A DNA stretch of 64,000 nt from Acidimicrobiia bacterium (GTDB lineage Bacteria; Actinomycetota; Acidimicrobiia; IMCC26256; PALSA-610): the NCBI GenBank assembly GCA_017882905.1, contig JADGOO010000113.1, positions 372 through 64,371 on the forward strand, given 5' to 3'. The notes under the pieces are model-generated. The model was not told where the DNA came from. It saw only the letters and a list, made by a program, of their open reading frames with translations, and did not search any database. The position numbers and the translations under genes were made by a program. This document shows positions 46,791-55,190 of this stretch, in pieces (position 1 is the first letter of the stretch; each line of letters opens with the position of its first letter).

Positions 46791-47546
46791 TCAGATCGTC
46801 AGGCCGCCGTCGATGCTCACGATCGAGCCGTTCATGTAGCGCGCCTCATCGGACGCCACGAACGCCACGACACCGGCGATCTCCTGCGGCGTGCTGTTGC
46901 CCATCGGGGTCATGATTCTGTGGAGCTCCTTGAGGGACGCGCCCTCGGGAAGCGTGGAGCTGAAGTCGTTCTGGATGGGCGTGTCCATACCGCCCGGCGC
47001 CACGCAGTTCACAGTGATGTTGCGCGTCATGTACTCGGAGGCGAGGGCACGCGTGAGGTTCACCACGCCGCCCTTCGACGCGCAGTACGCGGCGCTGTAC
47101 GGCTGGCCCATCAACCCGGCGTTCGACGCGATCGTGACGATGCGCCCGCCGCCGTCGAGCAGGTACGGGAGCGCGGCCTGGCACACGAGGAACGTGCCGG
47201 TGAGGTTGACGCCGAGGATGCGCTGCCAATCGGCCGACGGCATCTCGTGGCTGTTCCAGAACCGGCCGATGCCCGCGCAGGTGACCGCCACCTGCACCCG
47301 GCCGAGCTCCGACGCCGCCCCGTCGACCGCCGTGCGCACCGAATCGGCGTTGCTCACGTCGCAGTGCAGGGCCAGCGCCCGGCCGCCGGCCGCCTCGATG
47401 TCCTTGACCGTCTGCTCGTTGGCGGCGTCGACGATGTCGAGGCAGCCGACTGCGGCGCCCTCGCTCGCCAGCCGCTCGGCCGTCGCCTTGCCGAGGCCCG
47501 AACCGGTGCCGGAGACCACTGCGACCTGTCCCGCGAAGCGCTGCAT
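46791..47546 (-). CDS. Short-chain dehydrogenase/reductase
   Basis: VSGTGSGLG, VNLTG, YCASKGG, IDGG. Confidence 0.88.
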   Translation of the reverse strand: MQRFAGQVAVVSGTGSGLGKATAERLASEGAAVGCLDIVDAANEQTVKDIEAAGGRALALHCDVSNADSVRTAVDGAASELGRVQVAVTCAGIGRFWNSHEMPSADWQRILGVNLTGTFLVCQAALPYLLDGGGRIVTIASNAGLMGQPYSAAYCASKGGVVNLTRALASEYMTRNITVNCVAPGGMDTPIQNDFSSTLPEGASLKELHRIMTPMGNSTPQEIAGVVAFVASDEARYMNGSIVSIDGGLTI

Positions 47547-47552
47547 GCGCGG

Positions 47553-47573
47553 AATCTAACGCAGCGTCAGATT
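47553..47573. promoter_or_regulatory. Imperfect 21-bp palindrome overlapping the -10 (TAGATT, minus strand) of the SDR gene
   Basis: aatctaacgc-a-gcgtcagatt, 9/10 paired. Confidence 0.45.
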
Positions 47574-47603
47574 TGTGCGCCCGCCCGGGAAGGCGACCCG
47601 ACG

Positions 47604-47642
47604 AAAAGGGCCCGCCGGGGGCTCGAGCCTTCCCGGCGGGCC
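47604..47642 (-). terminator. Intrinsic terminator on the minus strand
   Basis: GGCCCGCCGGG / CCCGGCGGGCC 11-bp stem followed by CUUUU; no ORF ends here. Confidence 0.65.
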
Positions 47643-47700
47643 AGCGCCTCATGTCCCTTGGGGGGGTCGGGACGGAAGCGGACTGATTCATCCATCGGCC
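47604..47700 (-). ncRNA. Candidate small RNA with a C7-loop hairpin (6C-like) plus terminator; 5' end not defined
   Basis: Minus strand GUCCC-GACCCCCCCAA-GGGAC (47653-47673) followed by the terminator hairpin. Confidence 0.4.
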
Positions 47701-47771
47701 GCCACGGGCGGGATTTGAGCGCGTTCCTCGCGCCCGGCCGACTTTGAGACACAGGTCCTAATCTCGCCGCC

Positions 47772-49322
47772 GTGCCCGGCCGTCCGACCAGTGGAGCGGC
47801 GCCGCCCGCGACCGTGGTCGAGGCCCTCGAAGCTGCCGCCGCGATGCACCCCGAGCGCGAAGCCGTGGTGCACGCTGGTGCGCGCATCACCTACGGCGAG
47901 CTGGCGCAGCGTTCGGGCGCCCTCGCTGCGGCGATGCGATCCGATCTCGGCGTCCGGCCCGGTGACGTGGTCGTGTCGACGCTGCCGTCGTCGATCGACT
48001 TCGTGGTCACGTACCTCGCCGCGATCCGCTGCCGGGCGATCACGTCGGCGATCAACACGCGCCTCGGAGCCTCCGAGCGCAAGAGCATCATCGATCGGAC
48101 CGAGCCGCGGCTGACGATCGTGCCCACCGGCTCGGAGGCGCTCCCTCCGGGCGCGGGCCGCGTCCTGCACGCGGCCGAGATCCCGTTGTTGGTCAGTGGG
48201 GCGCCCCGGCCTGTGCCCGCCGCGCCCGCCCACGATCCGCCCGCCCACGATCCGCCAGCCCACGATCCAGTCGCGATCGTCTGGACGAGCGGCACGACCG
48301 GCGCGCCCAAGGGCGCTGTGTACGACCATGCCGCCCTGCGGGCGATCCACGCCGGCATGGGCGACCTCACCCATCCCGGGGATCGGCGGCTCGTCTCGCT
48401 GCCGTTCGCGCACGTGGGCTTCATGACGCGCATCTACGACGAGATCGTGAGCGGCACGACGCTGGTGATCGTCGGAGAACCGTGGAGCGCCGCCGAGCAG
48501 CTGCGCCTCATCGAATCGGAGCGCATCACCATGGCCACGGGCGTTCCGACGCAGTGGACGCTCGTACTCGCGCAGCCGGATCTCGCGACCACCGACGTCT
48601 CCACCTTGCGCCTCGCCGGGATCGGCGGCGCGGCCGTGGATCCGGCGCTCGTCCGCGCCGTGCGCGAGGCACTGCGCTGCCCGGTGATGCACCGGTACAC
48701 GAGCACCGAGGCGGGCCTGGCCACCGGCACTCGCCTCGGCGATCCCGACGAGGTCGTGGCCCAGACGGTCGGCGTGGCGTCGCCCGTCGTGACGCTGCGC
48801 CTCGTCGACCCCGCGTCGGGCGCCGATGTGACCGGATCACCCGGAACCGTCGGCGAGATCCGCCTGCGCAGCCCGGCGATGTTCTGTGGCTACTGGCGTG
48901 ACCCCGAGCTGTCGGCGGCGGCGCTCGACGACGACGGCTTCCTGCGGACCGGCGACCTCGGCACCATGCGGTCCGGCGGCAACCTGCGCATCGTGGGACG
49001 ACTCAAGGAGATGTACATCCGCGGCGGGTACAACGTGTACCCGAGCGAGGTCGAGGGCGTGCTCGCCGACCACCCCGCGGTGACCCAAGCGGCCGTGGTC
49101 GCGGCAGCTGCGGCCGTGCTCGGCGAGATCGGTGTGGCCTTCGTGGTGCTCGCCCCCGGCGCACCGGCGCCGTCGCTCGCCGAGCTGCGCGACTGGTGCG
49201 CGGACCGCCTCGCCGACTACAAGTCGCCCGACCGGCTCGTGATCGTCGACAGCCTGCCGGTGAACGCGGGACACAAGATCGACAAGCAGGCGCTCGCCTC
49301 GGCGGCGAAGGAGCAGGTGTGA
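47772..49322 (+). CDS. Acyl-CoA ligase/AMP-binding enzyme
   Basis: VWTSGTTGAPKG, YTSTE, FLRTGDLG, IRGGYNV, PVNAGHK. Confidence 0.88.
   Translation: MPGRPTSGAAPPATVVEALEAAAAMHPEREAVVHAGARITYGELAQRSGALAAAMRSDLGVRPGDVVVSTLPSSIDFVVTYLAAIRCRAITSAINTRLGASERKSIIDRTEPRLTIVPTGSEALPPGAGRVLHAAEIPLLVSGAPRPVPAAPAHDPPAHDPPAHDPVAIVWTSGTTGAPKGAVYDHAALRAIHAGMGDLTHPGDRRLVSLPFAHVGFMTRIYDEIVSGTTLVIVGEPWSAAEQLRLIESERITMATGVPTQWTLVLAQPDLATTDVSTLRLAGIGGAAVDPALVRAVREALRCPVMHRYTSTEAGLATGTRLGDPDEVVAQTVGVASPVVTLRLVDPASGADVTGSPGTVGEIRLRSPAMFCGYWRDPELSAAALDDDGFLRTGDLGTMRSGGNLRIVGRLKEMYIRGGYNVYPSEVEGVLADHPAVTQAAVVAAAAAVLGEIGVAFVVLAPGAPAPSLAELRDWCADRLADYKSPDRLVIVDSLPVNAGHKIDKQALASAAKEQV
48225..48269. repeat. 15-bp tandem repeat x3 encoding (PAHDP)3
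   Basis: cccgcccacgatccg cccgcccacgatccg ccagcccacgatcca. Confidence 0.9.
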
Positions 49323-50113
49323 TCCAAGAGCTTGGTAGCGGCGACACGACCGAACGACCGATCCGTCTCGGCGGCGCGCTCATCACGATGGTGGAGCCCC
49401 GCAAGGGCCATGAGGTCGCGTACAACCGTTGGTACGAGCGCGACCACTTCTACGCCGGGTGCCAGATCGGCGCCTGGAACCTGCAGGGCGGGCGCTATGT
49501 GGCCACACGCGACCTGAAGGCGTTGCGCTACCCCGCCGACTCGCCCGTGTGCCCCGACCCCACGTCGGGGTCGTACGTGGCGATCTACTGGATCGTGGCC
49601 GGCCGGTTCAAGGACTGGATGGCGTGGGGCACCCAACAGGTGCAGTGGCTGCACGCGAACGGCCGCATGTTCCTCGAACGCGACCACATCCACACCGCGA
49701 TGTACACGATGCGCACCGAGTACGAGCAGCCCGATGGCGTGCCGGTCGAGCTCGCGCTCGATCACCGGTCGCCGTACTGCGTGCTGTTCATCGGTGAGCC
49801 GCTCGACGGTGTGAAGCTCGACGCCGTCGACGCCTGGTTCCGCACCGAGGCCAAGCTTCCCAATGTCGTCGGCGCGGAGTTCACGCCGGTGCCGCTCCTC
49901 GGTGACGCACCGAGCGACGTGCCCCGTACGGAGACGGGCAACCGCTTCGCGCAGCTGTGGTTCGTCGACGACGACCTCCCCGCCGTGTGGGCGGACAGCT
50001 ACGGCACGCTCGGCGAGCGCCTCGAGGCCGCGGGCCTGGCGCGCGCGCTGTTCGTGTCGCCGTTCCGGGCAACCGTTCCCGGCACCGACACGTACACCGA
50101 TCAGCTCTGGTGA
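49319..50113 (+). CDS. Conserved hypothetical protein, EthD/dimeric alpha-beta barrel-like N-terminus
   Basis: LITMVEP..GHEVAYNRWYERDH; GTGA-coupled to the CoA ligase. Confidence 0.55.
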   Translation: MIQELGSGDTTERPIRLGGALITMVEPRKGHEVAYNRWYERDHFYAGCQIGAWNLQGGRYVATRDLKALRYPADSPVCPDPTSGSYVAIYWIVAGRFKDWMAWGTQQVQWLHANGRMFLERDHIHTAMYTMRTEYEQPDGVPVELALDHRSPYCVLFIGEPLDGVKLDAVDAWFRTEAKLPNVVGAEFTPVPLLGDAPSDVPRTETGNRFAQLWFVDDDLPAVWADSYGTLGERLEAAGLARALFVSPFRATVPGTDTYTDQLW

Positions 50114-50148
50114 GGCATACGGCGTTCGGGTAGGTAACGTCGCCGGGC

Positions 50149-51357
50149 ATGCGGATCCTCGTCGTCGGTGCCGGTGGCGTTGGATCGGCGATCGTCACCG
50201 CGGCGGCCAGTCGCGACTTCTTCGAAGCGTTGATCATCAGCGACGTCGACGGCGACCGGGCCCGCGCCGCAGCCGACCACAACCCCGACGATCGCATCAC
50301 GGCCACCCGACTCGACGCGTCGGACGCGGCCGCCGTCGCGGAGTGCGCCCGCGCACACCAGGCCGACTGGGTCGTGAACGCGTGCGATCCTCGGTTCAAC
50401 GTGGCGATCTTCGACGGCGCGTTCCACGCCGGCGCGCACTACCTCGATATGGCGATGACGCTGTCGACCCCGCACCCCGAGCGGCCCCACGAGCTACCCG
50501 GCGGGATCCTCGGTGATTACCAGTTCGCACAGCACGACATCTGGACCGACCGCGGGCAGCTCGCGCTCGTGGGCCTCGGCATCGAACCCGGTTTCGCCGA
50601 CGTCGCGGCGCGCTATGCGGCCGACCACCTGTTCTCCGAGGTGCACGAGATCGGCGTGCGCGACGGTGCGAACCTCACCATCGAGGGGTACGCGTTCGCA
50701 CCCACGTTCTCGATCTGGACCACGATCGAGGAGTGTCTCAACCCGCCGTTGATCTGGGAGCGCGAGCGCGGTTGGTACACGACCATGCCGTTCTCGGAGC
50801 CCGAGGTGTTCGACTTCCCGGCCGGCATCGGGCCGGTCGAGTGCGTGAACGTCGAGCACGAAGAAGTGGTGCTGATCCCGCGCTGGGTCGACTGCGGGCG
50901 CGTCACGTTCAAGTACGGCCTCGGCGACGAGTTCATCGAGGTGCTCAGCGTCTTGCACAAGACGGGGCTCGACCGCACCGCACCCGTGAAGCTGCGCGGC
51001 GGGATCGAGGTGTCGCCGCGCGACGTGGTGGCCGCCACCCTGCCCGACCCGGCCACGCTCGGCGATCGCATGACCGGCCGCACGTGCGCGGGAACCTGGG
51101 CGCGCGGCATCGGCGTCGACGGCTCGCCGCGCGAGGTGTACCTGTACCACGTGAGCGACAACGAGCAGACGATGCGCGAGCACGGCGCGCAGGCCGTCGT
51201 GTGGCAGACGGCGATCAACCCGGTGATCGGTCTCGAGCTGATCGCCAACGGCGCGTGGAGCGGAGCCGGCGTGTTGGGCCCGGAGGCGTTCGACGCGGTG
51301 CCGTACCTCGACCTCATGGCCGCCCGCGGCGAACCCTGGCACCTCGAGGACCGCTGA
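50149..51357 (+). CDS. Saccharopine-dehydrogenase-family oxidoreductase
   Basis: ILVVGAGGVG, HYLDMA, GIEPG, TTIEECLNPP, EHEEV. Confidence 0.85.
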   Translation: MRILVVGAGGVGSAIVTAAASRDFFEALIISDVDGDRARAAADHNPDDRITATRLDASDAAAVAECARAHQADWVVNACDPRFNVAIFDGAFHAGAHYLDMAMTLSTPHPERPHELPGGILGDYQFAQHDIWTDRGQLALVGLGIEPGFADVAARYAADHLFSEVHEIGVRDGANLTIEGYAFAPTFSIWTTIEECLNPPLIWERERGWYTTMPFSEPEVFDFPAGIGPVECVNVEHEEVVLIPRWVDCGRVTFKYGLGDEFIEVLSVLHKTGLDRTAPVKLRGGIEVSPRDVVAATLPDPATLGDRMTGRTCAGTWARGIGVDGSPREVYLYHVSDNEQTMREHGAQAVVWQTAINPVIGLELIANGAWSGAGVLGPEAFDAVPYLDLMAARGEPWHLEDR

Positions 51358-51372
51358 ACCCGGGCACGTACC

Positions 51373-51423
51373 CGAACTTGCGTGACTCGATAGCGCAGAG
51401 CGCTATCTGGTCACGCAAGTTCG
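51373..51423. repeat. 51-bp REP-like palindromic element, copy 3
   Basis: cgaacttgcgtgac-tcgatagcgcagagcgctatctg-gtcacgcaagttcg; perfect 14-bp arms and inner gatagcg/cgctatc stem; between convergent genes. Confidence 0.9.
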
Positions 51424-51431
51424 TGCTCTGG

Positions 51432-52940
51432 TCAGCGCGGGAGGTTGGCGTGGGCGGCGGCGAGTCGCTCGAGCGCCGGCGCGTATGCCTCCGGGTGCTG
51501 CGGCTCGTAGCTGCGACGCACCCGTAGCAACCCGGCCACGTCGGCCAGGTCGAGCGCACCGGTCTGCACGAGCGCGAGCAATGCGGCGCCCCGAGCGTTC
51601 GTGTGCTGCGGGTCGTCGAGCTGATGCACCGTGATGTTGCACGCGTCGGCCACGATCTGAGCCCACAGGTCGCTGCGCGCTCCCCCGCCGCCGAGCGTGA
51701 TCTCGCCGTAGGCATTGCCGCTGAACTCGCTGAACGGCGCCAGCAGCCACGCCGCGTTGAGCGCGACGCCTTCGTACACGGCACGCGCGAGATGCGCGCG
51801 CGTCGTGCCGAGACCCACTCCGATGAACCCGCCGCGCACGTCGTCGTCGGGTGCGGGCGCGATGGAGCCTACGAGCCACGGCAGGAACAGCACGCCGTCG
51901 CTGCCCGGCGCGACGGTCGAGGCCGCGGCCTCGGCGCGCTCGAACGCGTCGGCGGGCGCCAGGCCCGTGCCAAAAGCATCGTCGGCGTACACGAGCTGGT
52001 GTACGAAGAGGTCGAGGGCCTTGCCGCCCATGCCGTTCTCGGCCATCACGAAGTAGCGACCCGGGAGCGGGCTCGGCATGCTCGTGATGCCGTGCCCGAG
52101 GTCGGCCTGTTTGGTGTCGATGTGCGTGGCGACCACCGAGGTGGTGCCGATCACGAACGCGGCGCGCGACGCGTCGATTGCGCCGCAACCGATCGCCGAT
52201 GTGATCGAGTCGACGGTGGCCGGCATCACGGGCACACCCGGGCGCACACCGAGGTGCTGCGCAGCTGCGTCGGTGACCGGCCCGAGCGGCTGATCGGGGC
52301 GAACGAGGGCGGGAAGCACCGAGCGATCGAGTCCGCACAGCGCAACGAGCTCGTCGTCGTAGTCGACGGCCGCCCAATCACGGTTGTCGGTGCACATCAG
52401 CGGGAACGCGGTGGTCGGTGTGGCCGTGACGCGGCCGACGAGGCGGGCGGTGAGCGCATCGGCCGGTTCCACGTAGGCGGCCAACCCCTGTGCGTGGCCG
52501 GGATAGCGATCGCGGAGCACGGCGATATGGCCCACGTCGTCGTTGTCGAGCGGGATGAGGCCGTGCACGTCGAGCCAGCGACCCCAGACGTCGTAGTTCT
52601 CGTGGAGTGGATGCAACCGCTCGCCGCGACGGTCGGTCCACATGATCACCGGCGCGAGCGGCACACCGTGCGCGTCGATCGCAACCGCCGACATGTACTG
52701 GGCCGTGACGGCGACCACGCCGATCGGCACACCGGCCGCGGCCGTGGCCGCACGAGCGGCACGCCCGATCGCCGCCCACCAGGCGTCGGCGTCTTGCTCC
52801 GCGCCGCCGTCCGGGAACAACGTGGTGGCGAGCGGCTCGGTGGCGGCGGCCTGCACCAGGCCGTCGGCCGCGATGACGGCGACCTTCACGCCGCTCGTTC
52901 CGAGATCGATGGCGAGCACGTAAGGTGCGGGCGACGGCAT
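51432..52940 (-). CDS. FGGY-family carbohydrate kinase (xylulokinase-like)
   Basis: LAIDLGTSGVK, MWTDRR, IGTTS, VYEGVA, GGGARSDLWAQI; start 52940 or 52946. Confidence 0.85.
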   Translation of the reverse strand: MPSPAPYVLAIDLGTSGVKVAVIAADGLVQAAATEPLATTLFPDGGAEQDADAWWAAIGRAARAATAAAGVPIGVVAVTAQYMSAVAIDAHGVPLAPVIMWTDRRGERLHPLHENYDVWGRWLDVHGLIPLDNDDVGHIAVLRDRYPGHAQGLAAYVEPADALTARLVGRVTATPTTAFPLMCTDNRDWAAVDYDDELVALCGLDRSVLPALVRPDQPLGPVTDAAAQHLGVRPGVPVMPATVDSITSAIGCGAIDASRAAFVIGTTSVVATHIDTKQADLGHGITSMPSPLPGRYFVMAENGMGGKALDLFVHQLVYADDAFGTGLAPADAFERAEAAASTVAPGSDGVLFLPWLVGSIAPAPDDDVRGGFIGVGLGTTRAHLARAVYEGVALNAAWLLAPFSEFSGNAYGEITLGGGGARSDLWAQIVADACNITVHQLDDPQHTNARGAALLALVQTGALDLADVAGLLRVRRSYEPQHPEAYAPALERLAAAHANLPR

Positions 52941-52964
52941 GTCCATTCACGCTACTGGGGAAAC

Positions 52965-54350
52965 ATGAGCTTCTATCCCTACGCCGATGAGTATCCCATC
53001 GTGCGCGGCCTGCCCGAGCGGGGCCGCCCGAAGGCGGAGATCCTGGCCGAGCTGCACTCCATGGCCGAGCGCGAGGACGCCTCGTGGGAGAACGGCAAGG
53101 TCTCCGGCTCGATGTACTGCGGCGACCACGACCACTACGCCTTCATGAACGAGGCCTTCTCGCTGTACGGCCACATGAACGCGCTCCAGCGCGACGTCTG
53201 CCCGAGCAGCACGCGCTTCGAGGGTGAGCTCATCGCCATGGGCCTCGACATCATGCACGGCGGCGAGGTGCACGACACACAACCCGCCGGCCTCGTGACG
53301 AGCGGCGGAAGCGGGAGCATCCTGCACGCCGTCCTCGCGTACCGCGAGGCGGCCGCGCGCCGCGGCATCACCCGCCCCAGCTTCGTGAAGCCCGAAACGG
53401 CGCACCCCGCCTTCGACAAGGCCTGTCATCTCGTGGGCGTCGAGCTGCGGATCGCACCGATCGATCAGAAGACCGCGCAGGCCGACGTGGCCGCGATGGA
53501 GGCCCTCATCGACGACACGACGATCGCGATCGTCGGCTCCGCGTGCAACTACGGCTACGGCACCATCGACCCGATCGCGGAACTTGGCGAGCTCGCGCAA
53601 TCCCGCGGCGTCGGCATGCACGTCGACGGTTGTCTCGGCGGGTTGATCCTGCCGTTCGGCGAGATGCTGGGATTCGACATCCCCGCGTTCGACTTCCGCA
53701 TTCCGGGTGTCACCACGATCTCGGCCGACACTCACAAGTACGGGTACGGCCTGAAGGGCACGTCGCTGCTGCTGTTCCGCGACAAGGAGCTGCGCAACGG
53801 CCAGTACTTCTTCCAGACGGCGTGGTCGGGCGGCAAGTACTGCTCGCCGGGCATCGAGGGATCGCGCTCGAGCGGTCTGCTGGCCGCGTCGTGGGCCGCG
53901 ATGGTGTCGCTCGGGCGTGAGGGTTACCTGGCGTACGCGAAGGCGATCTTCGAGACCGCGTTTGCGATGCAAGACGCGGTGCGCTCGCATCCCGAGCTGC
54001 AGATCGTGGGCTCGCCCTCGTTCTGCTTCTCGTTCGGCAGCGACGAGTTCGACGTGTACCACGTCAACGACGCGCTACGGGCCCGCGGCTGGCGCATGAA
54101 CGGTCAGCAGTACCCGAACTCGATCCACATGTGTGTGACGCGGCCGCAGACGCAGCCCGGCGTACGCGAGGCGTTTGCGCGCGACCTCACCGAGTCGGTG
54201 GCCTACGCCAAAGAGCACGCCGGCGAACCGGCCAAGAGCAGCTCGATCTACGGCGGCGTTGCGGGCGGCCACACGGCCGAGGCCGGCGAGTTCATCCGTG
54301 CCGTGATGAGCGACATGATGGACAAGCACCAGTCGGTACCTGCCCACTAG
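52965..54350 (+). CDS. PLP-dependent sphingosine-1-phosphate-lyase-like enzyme (group II decarboxylase fold)
   Basis: SGSMY, TSGGSGS, TAHPAFDKA, YGTIDPI, HVDGCLGG, SADTHKYGY.LKG, GSRS. Confidence 0.8.
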   Translation: MSFYPYADEYPIVRGLPERGRPKAEILAELHSMAEREDASWENGKVSGSMYCGDHDHYAFMNEAFSLYGHMNALQRDVCPSSTRFEGELIAMGLDIMHGGEVHDTQPAGLVTSGGSGSILHAVLAYREAAARRGITRPSFVKPETAHPAFDKACHLVGVELRIAPIDQKTAQADVAAMEALIDDTTIAIVGSACNYGYGTIDPIAELGELAQSRGVGMHVDGCLGGLILPFGEMLGFDIPAFDFRIPGVTTISADTHKYGYGLKGTSLLLFRDKELRNGQYFFQTAWSGGKYCSPGIEGSRSSGLLAASWAAMVSLGREGYLAYAKAIFETAFAMQDAVRSHPELQIVGSPSFCFSFGSDEFDVYHVNDALRARGWRMNGQQYPNSIHMCVTRPQTQPGVREAFARDLTESVAYAKEHAGEPAKSSSIYGGVAGGHTAEAGEFIRAVMSDMMDKHQSVPAH

Positions 54351-54362
54351 TTTCACTGCCCC

Positions 54363-55190
54363 ATGAGCACTCGGGCTATCGACTGTTGGGTCAACGTCAC
54401 GCAGGGCGGCGCCAAGAACCAGGCGTTCATGCAGAAGGTGCGCGAGACCACCTTCCGCAACAGCCCCGACTTTTTCAAGGACTTCGAGGCCGACGAGCTC
54501 GTCGCCCACATGGACGACCACGGTGTGGCGAAGGCCGTCATCACCATCGCGCTGGGTGCGCCGAACGATCGCGTGATCGCCTTCGCCGAGAAGTTCCCCG
54601 AGCGCTTCGGCCTCGGCTGCTACCTCGACCCCCGCAAGGGCATGCGCGAGCTGTGGGAGCTCGAGGCGATGGCCGGCTCGTTGCCGATCGTGCTCGCGAA
54701 GATCACGCCGTTCATGATCGACCTGCCGCCGAGCGCCCCCGAGTACTGGCCGGTCTACGCCAAGTGCGTCGAGCTCGACCTGCCGATCGGCATCAACACG
54801 GGCGTTCCCGGGCCACCCAAGCCGGCCGACGTGCAGGACCCGATCCATCTCGACCGGGCGATGATCCACTTCCCTGAGCTCAAGGTGATCATGTCGCACG
54901 GCGCCGACCCTTGGTGGGGCATGGCGATCCGCCTCATGCGCAAGTACGAGGGCTTGCACCTGATGACGAGCGCGTGGGCACCGAAGTACCTGCCGCGCGA
55001 GCTCGTCGACTTCATGGGTTCGTCGCGCGGCATCGCGAAGATCCTGTTCGCGAGTGATCATCCGGTGCTGCCGATGGAACGCTGCCTCGCCGAAGCCGCC
55101 GCCCTCGGACTGAGCGACGACGCGCTCGACGCGTACCTCTACGGCAACGCGCGCCGGCTCCTGTTCGCCGACCGCACGCCACGGCCATGA
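54363..55190 (+). CDS. Amidohydrolase_2 family protein
   Basis: AIDCW, YWPVYAKC, MSHGADPW, TSAWAPKY, LFASDHP. Confidence 0.85.
   Translation: MSTRAIDCWVNVTQGGAKNQAFMQKVRETTFRNSPDFFKDFEADELVAHMDDHGVAKAVITIALGAPNDRVIAFAEKFPERFGLGCYLDPRKGMRELWELEAMAGSLPIVLAKITPFMIDLPPSAPEYWPVYAKCVELDLPIGINTGVPGPPKPADVQDPIHLDRAMIHFPELKVIMSHGADPWWGMAIRLMRKYEGLHLMTSAWAPKYLPRELVDFMGSSRGIAKILFASDHPVLPMERCLAEAAALGLSDDALDAYLYGNARRLLFADRTPRP

Noticed and set aside
47567-47696. Small minus-strand peptide MDESVRFRPDPPKG... as the explanation for the 47.6-kb hairpins
   Set aside because: It would run through the terminator, and has no RBS or recognisable features; an RNA-level function fits better, though a leader peptide is not excluded
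1297-51423. CRISPR array interpretation of the palindromic repeats
   Set aside because: Copies are dispersed by tens of kb, with no repeat-spacer periodicity and no cas genes
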